IMG/VR virus record: IMGVR_UViG_3300030099_002160
Coordinates: 1 to 54,878 of that record
Direction: 5' to 3' (one strand)
DNA: 54,878 nt
From: a virus
Taxonomy: Duplodnaviria; Caudoviricetes
The number at the start of each line of letters is the position of its first letter. Position 1 is the first letter of the stretch. The notes beneath the pieces were generated by a model. The model had not been told where the DNA came from. It worked only from the letters and a program-made list of their open reading frames with translations, and made no database searches. Both the position numbers and the translations under genes were made by a program. Below are positions 8,305 through 19,600 of this stretch, in pieces.

Positions 8305-8906
8305 TACATTCCACCTCTCATTGGGTCATACATACTGATATCAGGTGCCCCTCTCTTATCCGTTTCATTAACTTTTTTTATAAAATCTTCAAACTCTTCA
8401 CGATATTCTTGTGCGAATTTTTCTAAGAGATCGATGTTTTTTTGTCTTTCCTCTGCATTTTTGTCTCTAGTTTCAACTGTTTCTGCTACTCTACCTGGTA
8501 TTTCCGCTGTTCCTGTCCTTTCTCTTTCTGGCATTTCCGCCCCCTCCTGAGGAATTGTTTTCTTTTTTAATGGCACTCCCCCTTCTTGCATAATTATAAG
8601 AGCATCCATAGTATCATCTTCACGCATTTTAAACTTAGGCATCTTAGATCCCATCTCCATGAATCCAGTTCTCTTCATCATTTCTCCACCCTCTTCCATG
8701 CTATACATTTTGTTTTTACCTCCTTTACCATATTTCATCTTCATTCCTTTTTCAGCTTTTCTAAGCATAGCTAGATCTTGAGCATCGATGTCTCCATCAT
8801 TATCTTTATCCATTTCCCTAGATTGAGCTTTTGATAATCCACCCACTCTATAAGTCATTCTGGGCTTGTTCATTCCTCCGCCCATATATTTTTTTCTCAT
8901 TTTCAT
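8304..8906 (-). CDS. Met/Lys/Gly-rich protein with an EF-hand-like loop, probable internal virion protein
   Basis: DKDNDGDIDAQD loop; many xxxG[GMSA] motifs. Confidence 0.65.
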   Translation of the reverse strand: MKMRKKYMGGGMNKPRMTYRVGGLSKAQSREMDKDNDGDIDAQDLAMLRKAEKGMKMKYGKGGKNKMYSMEEGGEMMKRTGFMEMGSKMPKFKMREDDTMDALIIMQEGGVPLKKKTIPQEGAEMPERERTGTAEIPGRVAETVETRDKNAEERQKNIDLLEKFAQEYREEFEDFIKKVNETDKRGAPDISMYDPMRGGM

Positions 8907-9583
8907 TTTGTTAAGTATTTAATTTTACCATTTTCTATATATATGTCTTCAGGCTTTCTTATGACCTGACCTTGTAAATTATATAGTAATCCAGATTTTT
9001 TTGACTCATCTAATATTTCTTCAATACTAGATCCGCAGGGCATTCCTGTTTCACAGTCTACATATTCTGTGCTTACTACTTCAACGTATTCTATTTCAGT
9101 TACTGTGTCTGTCACTATCACATCTACGTATTCAATTACATCAATATACAAAGTATCTAAAACATCTGCGTAAACAGTATCTGTTACATATATATATTGT
9201 GTCTCAACAACAGTTTCGTACTCTATAACAGTCTCATATTCTACTATAGTGTCATACTCTGTTATGTACTCAGTAATATACTCTATTACTGGTATGTCTA
9301 TAAAAACTGTATCACATCCTATCGGTATAGGAGGTAAACAATCTGTAGGTAAAGTTGGACCTTCTGTGTTTTCATCAGCAGCATCTACACAATCTTCCCA
9401 GCTATCATTTATCCAATCAGCTTGAACGCAACCATTTGGAGAATACTGAGTCCAGTTTGATGGATCATCTCCACAGTAAAACCCTCCTTGCTGTGCACAC
9501 TCTAAACACAAAGCTTGAAAATCAAATTGCTGAGAATAACTTAGTGATCCTATAAACGCAAATAAAAATATCAACCTATTCAT
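8903..9583 (-). CDS. exported protein with LDLa-like Cys motif, TEY/DTV repeats and T9SS-CTD-like tail
   Basis: signal peptide ...SYS|QQ; CVQADWINDSWEDCVDAADE; C-terminal LYNLQGQ...IYIENGKIK. Confidence 0.7.
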   Translation of the reverse strand: MNRLIFLFAFIGSLSYSQQFDFQALCLECAQQGGFYCGDDPSNWTQYSPNGCVQADWINDSWEDCVDAADENTEGPTLPTDCLPPIPIGCDTVFIDIPVIEYITEYITEYDTIVEYETVIEYETVVETQYIYVTDTVYADVLDTLYIDVIEYVDVIVTDTVTEIEYVEVVSTEYVDCETGMPCGSSIEEILDESKKSGLLYNLQGQVIRKPEDIYIENGKIKYLTK

Positions 9584-9586
9584 AAC

Positions 9587-10660
9587 CTAAAATATTAAAT
9601 AATTAAAACCAAACTTTACTTCATATACTGGCTTCATCCAGTATCTCATGTGCGTTCCTTCCACAAACATACCTAAGTGTTTAGTTATTCTTGATCCAAG
9701 CACTATGCCAGCATCCCATTCTATATTATCCCATTCTTCGACTCCGTACTCAAAAGAGTATTCGTCAAGACCAAAGTGAAAAGGCATGCAGTTAGCCCAT
9801 AAGTGTATCCACATCTTATCCGTATATTTATAATACGCTAAACCTAACACAGCACTTAACTCTTTTTGTAGTCCAAGTTTGTCCAACTCCTTTTCGTTAT
9901 ATCTAGCAACAGCATCTCCGAAGTAGTGGTTGAAGAACTCATCATTTGAGGTAGCGACTAAAATAGAGTCCCCACCACTAACATCGTACCAATTTTGGTT
10001 CACGTAAAAACCTTGAACCCATTGTTCTGGAGCGTACCCAAAGTCTTGAGCCAACTGTTGAAAAGTGGACTCGCCAGGCACCCAGAAGTCTTCTATGGGG
10101 GTAACACCATAGACAGGATGAATACGAAAAACTCCTCCGATTGTAAAATCCCAGTTTCCTTTGTTTATTCTAATTCTATTATCAAGCGATGCGTATCTTA
10201 AGTTAACTCTCTGATTATCAGTAAACTGAGCCTTAGACACAAACTTGTCACCTAAATACCTTAACCATAATTTTTGATCTACAAACTTCTCGCCCCTACT
10301 TCTTATAAAAGAAAAGTTAAGCAAGTATTCCCATCCCACAGCATTACCAAGTGTAACATTGTCTGCTACAGCCTTTTCTGTTCCGTAATACCAAGTCTTC
10401 ACTTTGTACTCATAATCAAACCTAGCTATCTTTCTAAGACCTACAGTTAAGTTATAATCGTAAGGATGTACAATGGTAACATCTTCATAACCTTTAGACA
10501 CAGCGATATAGTCACCTCTTTCGCTAAAAGGTGTGTTCATTGTCATAGATGTATAAAAGGTAGAGTATTTAAAGAAGTTTCCTTGACCAAAGACGGTTGA
10601 AATGCCGAACACTAAAACCATCATTAGAATATATAGTATGTTAGTTACATCTTTTTTCAT
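9587..10660 (-). CDS. probable outer-membrane beta-barrel protein (start reassigned to MKKD at 10660)
   Basis: signal peptide ...VFG|Q; amphipathic aromatic-rich strands; C-terminal VYEVKFGFNYLIF beta-signal ending in Phe. Confidence 0.7.
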   Translation of the reverse strand: MKKDVTNILYILMMVLVFGISTVFGQGNFFKYSTFYTSMTMNTPFSERGDYIAVSKGYEDVTIVHPYDYNLTVGLRKIARFDYEYKVKTWYYGTEKAVADNVTLGNAVGWEYLLNFSFIRSRGEKFVDQKLWLRYLGDKFVSKAQFTDNQRVNLRYASLDNRIRINKGNWDFTIGGVFRIHPVYGVTPIEDFWVPGESTFQQLAQDFGYAPEQWVQGFYVNQNWYDVSGGDSILVATSNDEFFNHYFGDAVARYNEKELDKLGLQKELSAVLGLAYYKYTDKMWIHLWANCMPFHFGLDEYSFEYGVEEWDNIEWDAGIVLGSRITKHLGMFVEGTHMRYWMKPVYEVKFGFNYLIF

Positions 10661-10664
10661 TACA

Positions 10665-10672
10665 CAAATATA
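10665..10672 (-). promoter_or_regulatory. Bacteroidota -7 promoter element
   Basis: TATATTTG 4 nt upstream of ATG 10660. Confidence 0.6.
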
Positions 10673-10683
10673 ATTAAAAATCA

Positions 10684-13600
10684 TTAATCTAGAGGTATAT
10701 TAACATCTTTTATCAGATCTTCAAAGAAAAATCCAGTAGCTAGTGGAAGCTTTTTAATAGAGTCTAATTTTTTCTCTTGACCATCTGGCATTCTTAAAAC
10801 ATCTTTATACTCTCTAAAAACTTTTCTAGCATTTTTATAATATCTATTATACTCCTCGTCTTTAGTAATCTCAATACCCATACTATCAAAAGCTCTACCT
10901 ATTGCAACATTAATTTCCCCTGGTTTGTCAGAAGTTTCCTGTAGCAAGACTCTAGTTATAGCTGATCTATTTTTATCGCCATCTCTATATTGTCTAACTA
11001 ATTCGACTATAGTTGGATCTCCTATAGAAGCATAAGTTATATTATTATGATAACCTGTGAGCCACCTCTTCCAATCATTTTTGTCAAAAACATGTGTTTC
11101 TATAAATCCAGGTTCCTTGCTTAACTCTTTTACTGACTTCTTTACAGCTTCAACAACCATCACATTATCTAATGTTTGCATTATTTCAGGTAGGGTTTTA
11201 TCTCTATATTCTTCCCTAAGCTCACCATTGTCATCTAATGGTAATGTGAAAATATTACCCTCTTTATCTACGTAAGTTTTGTTTTGGCTATCGTATGTTA
11301 CACCCATATCTTTAGCAACTTGTCTAAAATATTGATCAAACACATAATTCACGTTTGCATTTTCATTAACTAAAGTCTTAGTATTTTCAACTAATGGATC
11401 TACATCTCTCTCTGTTAGATCAACCTTACCTATAAATCTATCTTTAGCTGGTCCAAAGAAGTCTTCAGTAAATTCAATAAAAGCTTTGTCTGTTTCTATC
11501 TTGTCCGCATCAGGTCTAAGTACATTGCCGCCTACAGTATATACATTATTAAATGTTTGATACCAAGGATTTCTATCAAGATTAGTAAATACAGATCCCA
11601 GTCCCTCTTTTAAGTTTTGAGTGTTAGCAAGGGGATCAACAACATTTCTAACCATTCTACCGTCACCAAGAAAATCACTAGCATAGTCAAATGTTGTTGC
11701 TAAAGCTTTTATCAACTGATCCTCTTCTGAGCTTAAATTTCTCATTCTTAAAGGACCTATCACATTTGGATCCCCCCTCCAAACTTGTTCTTCTCTCCAA
11801 AGATCATAGTTTTTGTATATTTTATAAAAGGCTGATATACCTGGATTCGAAGCTAAGACACCCTCGGTTGGAATAGGCATAGACTTTTTAAACATGTCTA
11901 AATAATCCTTTCTGGTATTTGCAGATGGTCTTCCAGTTATGTTTTGATAAGCCAAGTCCTGAGCAGGAAGTTTAATAAAATCTAATGAAAGATCAGTAGG
12001 CAGTTTTAAATAAGAAGGATTAGTCACTGTATTTTGTCTCCTTTCCTTTTCTAAAGCTCTGATTCTCTCAGACAACTCAATAGTGGGATTTTCAAGATAT
12101 TCTAACCTCATATTTTCAATAGCAATTTTGAGATTTTGTTCTTTTTCAGGATCTAAATAATCATGCCCCGACCAAGGAAGCATAACAACAGTGTGATTTT
12201 TCTTATCATACTCACTAACTTTGTCATAAAGATATTCAGTGTTTTCTTTGTCTTGCCTTAGTAAATCTTCTTCTTGCTCTCTTAACTTTATCAAATCATT
12301 TATTATCTCAGCGTCTGTTGTGTTTCCTGAAGTTATAGCTTTGTCATACATTTTTTCAAGCTTCTTAACACTTCTAATATTATTAAATTTATTTTGATTT
12401 TGATCCATGAAGTTTTTATCCAACTCCTTATCTATTCTTTCTTTTTCGTCTTCATCACGATATAGTCTAAACGCTGCTGATAAAGAGAATGCTGTTGCTG
12501 CATAAAATATAAATTGAGACTGTGCAAGATCCCAAAAGAACTGAGCTTTATTTTTCTTAGCGTACTTTAAACGAGAATACATAACTTGAAGACCTGCGTT
12601 TAGATAAGCAAAACCTGCTTTTTTATCAAGAGACTTTATTTCATTACCACCCCCATTAAAGTTAGCGTAATCAACAGCATTTCCTACAGCCAACCTTACA
12701 ATTTCTTTGTACTCTTCTTCATTAGGATCTCTACCATTTTCTTTTTTAAACTTCTTTATATAGGTGGATTTCCATCTTTGCGTATTAGCTAACCTACCCA
12801 TTAACTCACTCCATTGATTTAAAGAACCGAAATATTCCATTGTTTTTCTAAGAGCATTAACTTTATTTGGATCTGAAAATGGCTGATCGTCAGGGTCTAA
12901 AACTATTTGACCGCTCAAAGATGCTTGATTAGCAGCCTCTACAGCTTGATTATACGTTAATCCCTGTTCTTTTTGTAATTTATCTATATACTGCTCTAAA
13001 GGATCTTTGTAGGCTTTTACGTTTCCATTTTCTGAGTTTATACCTTGAGTGTTAAAAAAATCAAGATTACCTCCACCAAGCATATATTCATCAACCAAAG
13101 GTGTGGGAACATCCGTCCCCTTAGCTAGCCTACCTCTGACATTTAAAACATGAGAAAAAGCTTCACTAGAAACACTCGCCCAATCAACAACAGCATTAAA
13201 ATATTTTAGAGGTAAAAATAATCTGTTCCAAAAATTGTAATTATAACTGTCACTAAACTGAACTTGTTGAGTCATATCTAATCTAGCATTATTCAAGAAA
13301 AAGAATATTCCTAAATTTCCAGTAGCAAAAGTTTTTAAGTAATTAGCCAGCGTAGCATTAAATCTAAGAGCAGCACCCACTCCTGGAACTGTTAATAGAC
13401 TGTCAATATTTTGACTCAAACCAGGTCTGTTAAATAAGGATTGATACGCCTCTTCTGTCAACGCCATTTTTTTAACATCTCCATTTATACGAACAGGGAC
13501 TAAGTAGTATTGATTTGTAGCACCATTTATACTATTAGTATACTCAGGAACATAAGGTCTATCTTTAGTAACTGTGTATCCAACAACTTCACTAACAGGT

Positions 13601-16600
13601 ATAGGATTGTTTTCGTATTCTCCAAAGATACGTCTAGCTAAACCAAACCTCTTAGGATTTGTTTCTGATTGAGCCTTTTCAATTATACTTATAGTATTGT
13701 ATATACTATTTATAGCTTCATTAGTGGCTAGAATACTAAATGTAGATCCTATATTACCTTCTAATAGTTTTACTGGATCTGTAAACAATACTTCATCACT
13801 ACCAAGACCTATCTCTTTTAGTGGGTTAGCTACGTTGTGCACTTTAACGGTGCCAGGCATTTTTATATTTATAACATTGTCTTCCGATATAACAGAGTGA
13901 TGTATAAATCTTCTTGGAATATAATCTAGATCTTTTAGATTTGCGTAAGTAATATTGTCTATCAACCCTCCTTCCCACTTTCTCTTTAACAAATCTTTAT
14001 GTACTGAAAATACTTCATCGGCTTTTTTATTCAAAAATTCAAAGTCGGGCTTTGTTTTTTTACTGTCTAGTATAGCCTGTGCGGTTTCTTTAGATAATAC
14101 TTCACCCGTTCTTGGCTGTCCGTCTAAACTTAGCTTAGGATGAAGAAGTCTCCAAGGATTTATATTTAAATCACCCTCTATGTTTTTCATTTCTAATCCA
14201 GGGGGTACTTCTACCTCCATAAATCCATCTTTGACATACTCACCATTTTCTACTAATACTAATTTATATTCTGAAGGTCTGAATCCAAAATCTGATTTTT
14301 CAAAAACTAAATCCATCTTTACTCTTTTGTCTTTGATCTTTCCATCTTCTCCCTTTTCTGAGAATGGATATAAATTTTTAGCTTGTGTTACCAAAATTCT
14401 TATATCTCTTTCTGTTTGTCTGATCTGCCTAGTAATATCTTTACTTTCTTCAGTAGGAGGACCCATAATTCCTTTTGCCTCGTCCCTAGAATCTTTTAAA
14501 GTATTTATATCTTCATATTTTTGATTTATCTCTTTTATCACCTCATCTAAAACCAACTTTCTTCTATCAAACTCATCATCCAAAACTATAACTCTTCTAA
14601 GTAACATTATTGTACCCAGCTCTCTAATTTGATCGTTAGACATCTTGTAAAATATAGGATTAGAAAACTTATCAGCATAATGTCTAGCAGTTCCAGGAGA
14701 GTTGTTCCACCTTATTAATGACATTAGGTTGTCCATAGCTTGAGGCTCTAAGTCATATTTTCTAGCTGCTAATTCTAAGCTTTTTCTAATAAAATATCTA
14801 GAGTCAACCGACCCCTCCATAAGTTTAGATCTTAAACTTCCCACTTGACCAGCTTTGAATTTCGCAACTGCTTGTTGAGCCTGACTCAAAAAGTACGTAA
14901 AGATAGCGTTAGTAGATTTGTTTCTATAGCTGTTATCAATATTAGATTCTAATACTTTATCAAGTTTGTTTACTTCTTCGCTTGTATAACCATCTGGTTT
15001 TGAGGAGTTTATAGAAGGCACAGATTGTTGATCTAACAAAGTTTCTTTTTCATCAAGTTCTTTTTGCTCCTCTTCTGTTAGTGCAGATTCTTCCGTAACT
15101 TCAACATCACCTATGGACGTTTTTGGATTTTGTTCGTGAAGATGGTAGTCATCAAATATTTCATTCTTAAAAAATTCTTTTATAGAAAACTCTAGTTCAG
15201 AAGTGTGCTGTCCTGTGTCTTTTAAATATTTTATAGCCCTATCTATAGCATGACCAACATTAGCTGTTGTTCTAAGACTGATAGAAGCTAACTTAATAGC
15301 TGTCATAAAAGCCTGTCTAAATCCAAAGTCTGAATAAAGATGACCTTCTTTAAGCATGCTATTGTACAGTGCATCTAGTTTTTCTGCTAGTGTAATTAGC
15401 TTCTGAAATCTCGGAACGCTTCTAGCATCTTCTCCATGTCTTTTTCTGACATCCGAGATGTCTTCGGCTGCGAAACCAAGATCAAGCGTTGATTGTCTTC
15501 TGGTAAGTTCGGATCTGAGATCTGTGTCGAAGGATTTGTCTTTTTCTTTAATTGTTTTATATTCTCCATTTGTAAATACTTTAGTGTTAACGTAATTTTT
15601 TTCGAAATAATTAATTTTTATATTGTTGTTTTCAAGTTTTTCTCTAACAGATTCTGCATCTTGATCAAACTTATTTTGTGAGTTTATCCAGTTTTCTTCT
15701 CCTATAATATCATCTATATTATTGAAAGACTTAGTATTCATAGCATACTCTGGTACAAGCTGAAACTCTACTCCTACTATCTGCTTTTGCTGATTATAGT
15801 TAAATGAATATCCAGATATATCAGAAGTATTTAAAGCGTTTACTAAGAACTCTTTATCAGTGTCAGTTAGGGGTGAGTCAAACTCTATTCTTCTATACGG
15901 TCTTGCGTTGGGATGATCTTGACTTGTTGTCCTAGAAACAAACACAGATGTCTGACCGTTGTAGTAACCTATGTCCATAGCTTGATTTACAATAACAGAT
16001 ATATCGGCACCCTTAGGTATAACAGCTTCTGTAGTAATGTTTGGTTCAGCTTGATTATTATATACCCCTTCAGTAATCTCTACTCTTGACATCAAAGGAT
16101 TTAAAGATCTTATAGCTTCTTCCATGTTCTTTTTAGCTTGATCAAATCTAACAGACCCCTTCAAAGTTTGCATAGATATTTGTATAAGCTCTTCATCCGT
16201 AGCTCCTCTTTCTATGGCTGGATACAATTTATTATACACATTAGCCATGTGCATCTCTTTATCTTGACCTATAAAAGCACTAGCTCCAACAGAAAGTCTT
16301 TCTACTGTGCCATTAGCTTTTATCTTAGAGTCCATAGTAGTAAGTTTCTCTATGTTTCTAAAACCCATAGTGTCCCACAGAGTCTGTTCATACTGCCATA
16401 TTATAGCTTGAACGTCTTCTATCTCTATATTATCAACTCCAAACAGTGAACTCAGGTCTCTGGTAGAAGTAAGATCTCTAAGAACATCTTGCATAAATTT
16501 AAAGTCTGGATCAGAAACCCCACGCTCTTGTGGTTGTCTACGTCTCCAGTATACTGGACCTGTAGGTTGTGAACCAGTTTGTTTATAGGCTGAGTCATAC

Positions 16601-19600
16601 AATGCCCTTCTACCAAATCTACCCATCCAAACATCTATAGTCGCATTGTGATCTCTTTGAGATAAGTTGTTGTAAAATTGAGCTGTCTTTAGAGCAGGCT
16701 TGCTTAACATCTCTGGAGTCCCTGTTTTGTCAGCAAACTCAAATCCTATCCAGTTACCGTATAGAACTCTTATGATGGCTCCGTTAACAGCTCCAAAAGA
16801 AGTTGGTCTACCATTAGATCCTAAAACATTTCTAGCCTTTTCTATTTCTTCTACTATTCTAGCATCATTAGAAGCACTTATCATTTTATTTTGAGCATTT
16901 ATCAGAGTCATACCACCCAGTTCATACTCTTTCAGAATGTAGTTTACGCTTTCATCATATATCTCAAGAGCTTTGTTTAGCTTGCCCTGTGAGTATAATC
17001 TTAGAGCTTCATCAGTTTTTTGTACGTTAACTTCTGGTGTCACCTGTGCAGAGCTAGCTCCAAGTAGTTCAAAATACATATTAGCAAAAGGACCAAACTT
17101 TTCTTGAACAATCTCTCTAGTATTTCTATACCATCCAACAGAATCATTCATAAAGTCATTTAAGTTCATACCAGATTGACTAACTACAGCGGGTAAATTT
17201 TGTAACTCACTAAATATAACATTAGAAGTAAATTTAACCTTTTGTTGATATTGCTGTTCTGAAGTTAATGTTCTATCTATATTTTGATTAAATATAGGTG
17301 CATCTAGTAATTCAAAACCAAAGTCTTTAAAAGCAACTTTACCACCCTTGGTAAATTTAGGGTATCCAGCTTGATTTAATACTATTTCCTCTGGCTGTAG
17401 CTGCTTGTCTGGATTATTTTCGTTATATGTATTAGAGTCTTCTACTTTCTTTAATGCTGATTGATACTTCTTTAACCTAGATCCTGAATACATATTTTCA
17501 TAAGTCTTAGGATTCTTAGATCTTTTTATCATTTTATGCAACTCAGTAACATCTTCAACTCTAAACTGCTTAGGATATTTTTTCTCCATAGCACTTATAA
17601 ACTTCTTTTTGTTACCTTTTACTAGCTCGTATTCTTTTACTGACTTATTGTATATATTACTTTGACCCCATAGGAAATAATTTTTAAGATCTGTTTTACT
17701 TATCCTTGATCCATCAGGCATCTTAAGTTTGCTTACAGCATCATTTACAGCTTTGGAAAAACCTTTACCTAATTTAAGACCAGATCTTATAGATCTAAGC
17801 AAAGCCTCAGCTAAAGCAATCCAGTTGTCTTTGGTGCCTAGCCCCATTAATATATCTGACTTGATAGTATTGTCTCTGTTTCTAGCTAGCCATTCTAATC
17901 TTTCATCTATCCATTTTAGCATAGAATCAATAGCTTCAGTAGAGTTATTAGGCTCAAAAGGATCCTTGATTGAAGATTGATTAGCGGATCTAGCAGAACC
18001 CAACAAGTCCATGAGTTTACCCGCTTCAGTAGACGAGAAAGACTTTCTACCAAGAGCTTCAGCAAAAGAAGTAAATGTTGTAGTGTTTTTGTCCAGCAAA
18101 GACACAAGGTTTTGATATGCTTCGTTTTTGGTTCTACCCATAGTTATACCTGTCCTTGTTTCTACAAAAGCAGGCTCTCCAGGTTTTTTTGTCAACTCTA
18201 TGTTTAGATTGTTTATAATACCTTTATATGTCTTGGTTCTGTAATCGTAAGAAAACATTTTATTGACAGTTTTAGGCATACCTTTTATGTCACGCATCCA
18301 GTCCTGGACAGGTGTAAAAGTTTTCAATAGGTCAACAGGGTCAGAAACATTTAATCCTCCATCTTCTACTTCTAGAGCCATAACCTCAGATATATTATAT
18401 ATAGTAGGCTCTTTTACTAAGGCGTTTACTATTACGCTTTGTTGTTCTGTTAAGGAAACTTCTATAGGCTTGCCTTCTAGCGAGTTAGCTGCTGCCTCTA
18501 ATACTATAGTGCTTTCTACATCTGGATACCTTGACTTTACCTTTTCAGTTATATTTCTAAATATATTTGTAGGCAAATCATTATTATAGAATAAATCATA
18601 GTTTGTTTTTATGTTAAGATCTTGGTAGAACTTATCTAAAGCATCAGCATAGTTTCTAGAGTCTGTTTTGTCTGGAAACAAATCTTTCTTTTCTTTCCTG
18701 TTATATTCTGCTTCTTCTTCTACATCTGAGTCAAACCTATCTTTTAGCTCGTCTAGCTGATCTTTAGTAAAATTAAAAGTGTTATTAACAAAGTTATTAA
18801 CAGAATCCCAGTCTCCTGATTTTACTCCTGCGTAGTACACCTTATACAAGTCCTCAGTGTTTGCCATTCTAAGATACAACTCATCTTTACTGTATTGATC
18901 TATAGATTCTTTTACAGGTCTACTAAGTGATTCTTTGATTAATTTATCAGCGGCATTTATATCTTTCTTTTCTTGTTCGTTAGCTTCTAACGCTGTCAGT
19001 CCATAGTCTGTTCCATCCTTGTCTGTTCTAATCATCATGGTATTCTGAAACTTTTCATCAATTTGTTTTTCAAGATCCAGATCATCATCTATTCTCAAGT
19101 TTATAGAACCGTTTTTTATTTTCTGTATAAAGGTAGGATCGTTAATCAAACTCTCCATAGCTCTTTTAGTAACATCTTTACCATTTACACTATATCTACC
19201 AGAAGGTGCGTTTAATAATTTTAAAGCATCTGGAGTCCCTTCTTTTGCTGTTTGATAGTCACTGTCAAGTAATGCCTTTACCTCTTCTCCAAAAGCTGAG
19301 TTTTTATACTGTTCAACAGACTCTAAGTATTTTGTTATAGCAGTGTAGTCTACGTCAGATAAATCTATGTTACCATCGTTATAGTCCTGTATCATCTGTT
19401 CTAGCTGTGCGTCTATACCTCTAGCTGTTGCAAGAGTAAACGCAGATGACATACCATAACACATAATAGCAGTGGTAATTAATTTATTTATTTTTTCATC
19501 TTTAGTTTCACCTATAGTTTTTGCAAAAGCCTTTTTGTAGTCAAAACCCATTTTGTCTAGGTTGTCTGTAAACTCACCAGCATATTCAGCAAATAGTTCA

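Noticed and set aside
9065-9315. Short DNA repeats as a possible CRISPR or VNTR array
   Set aside because: Degenerate in-frame coding repeats (TEY/YETV), with no constant repeat plus unique spacer structure
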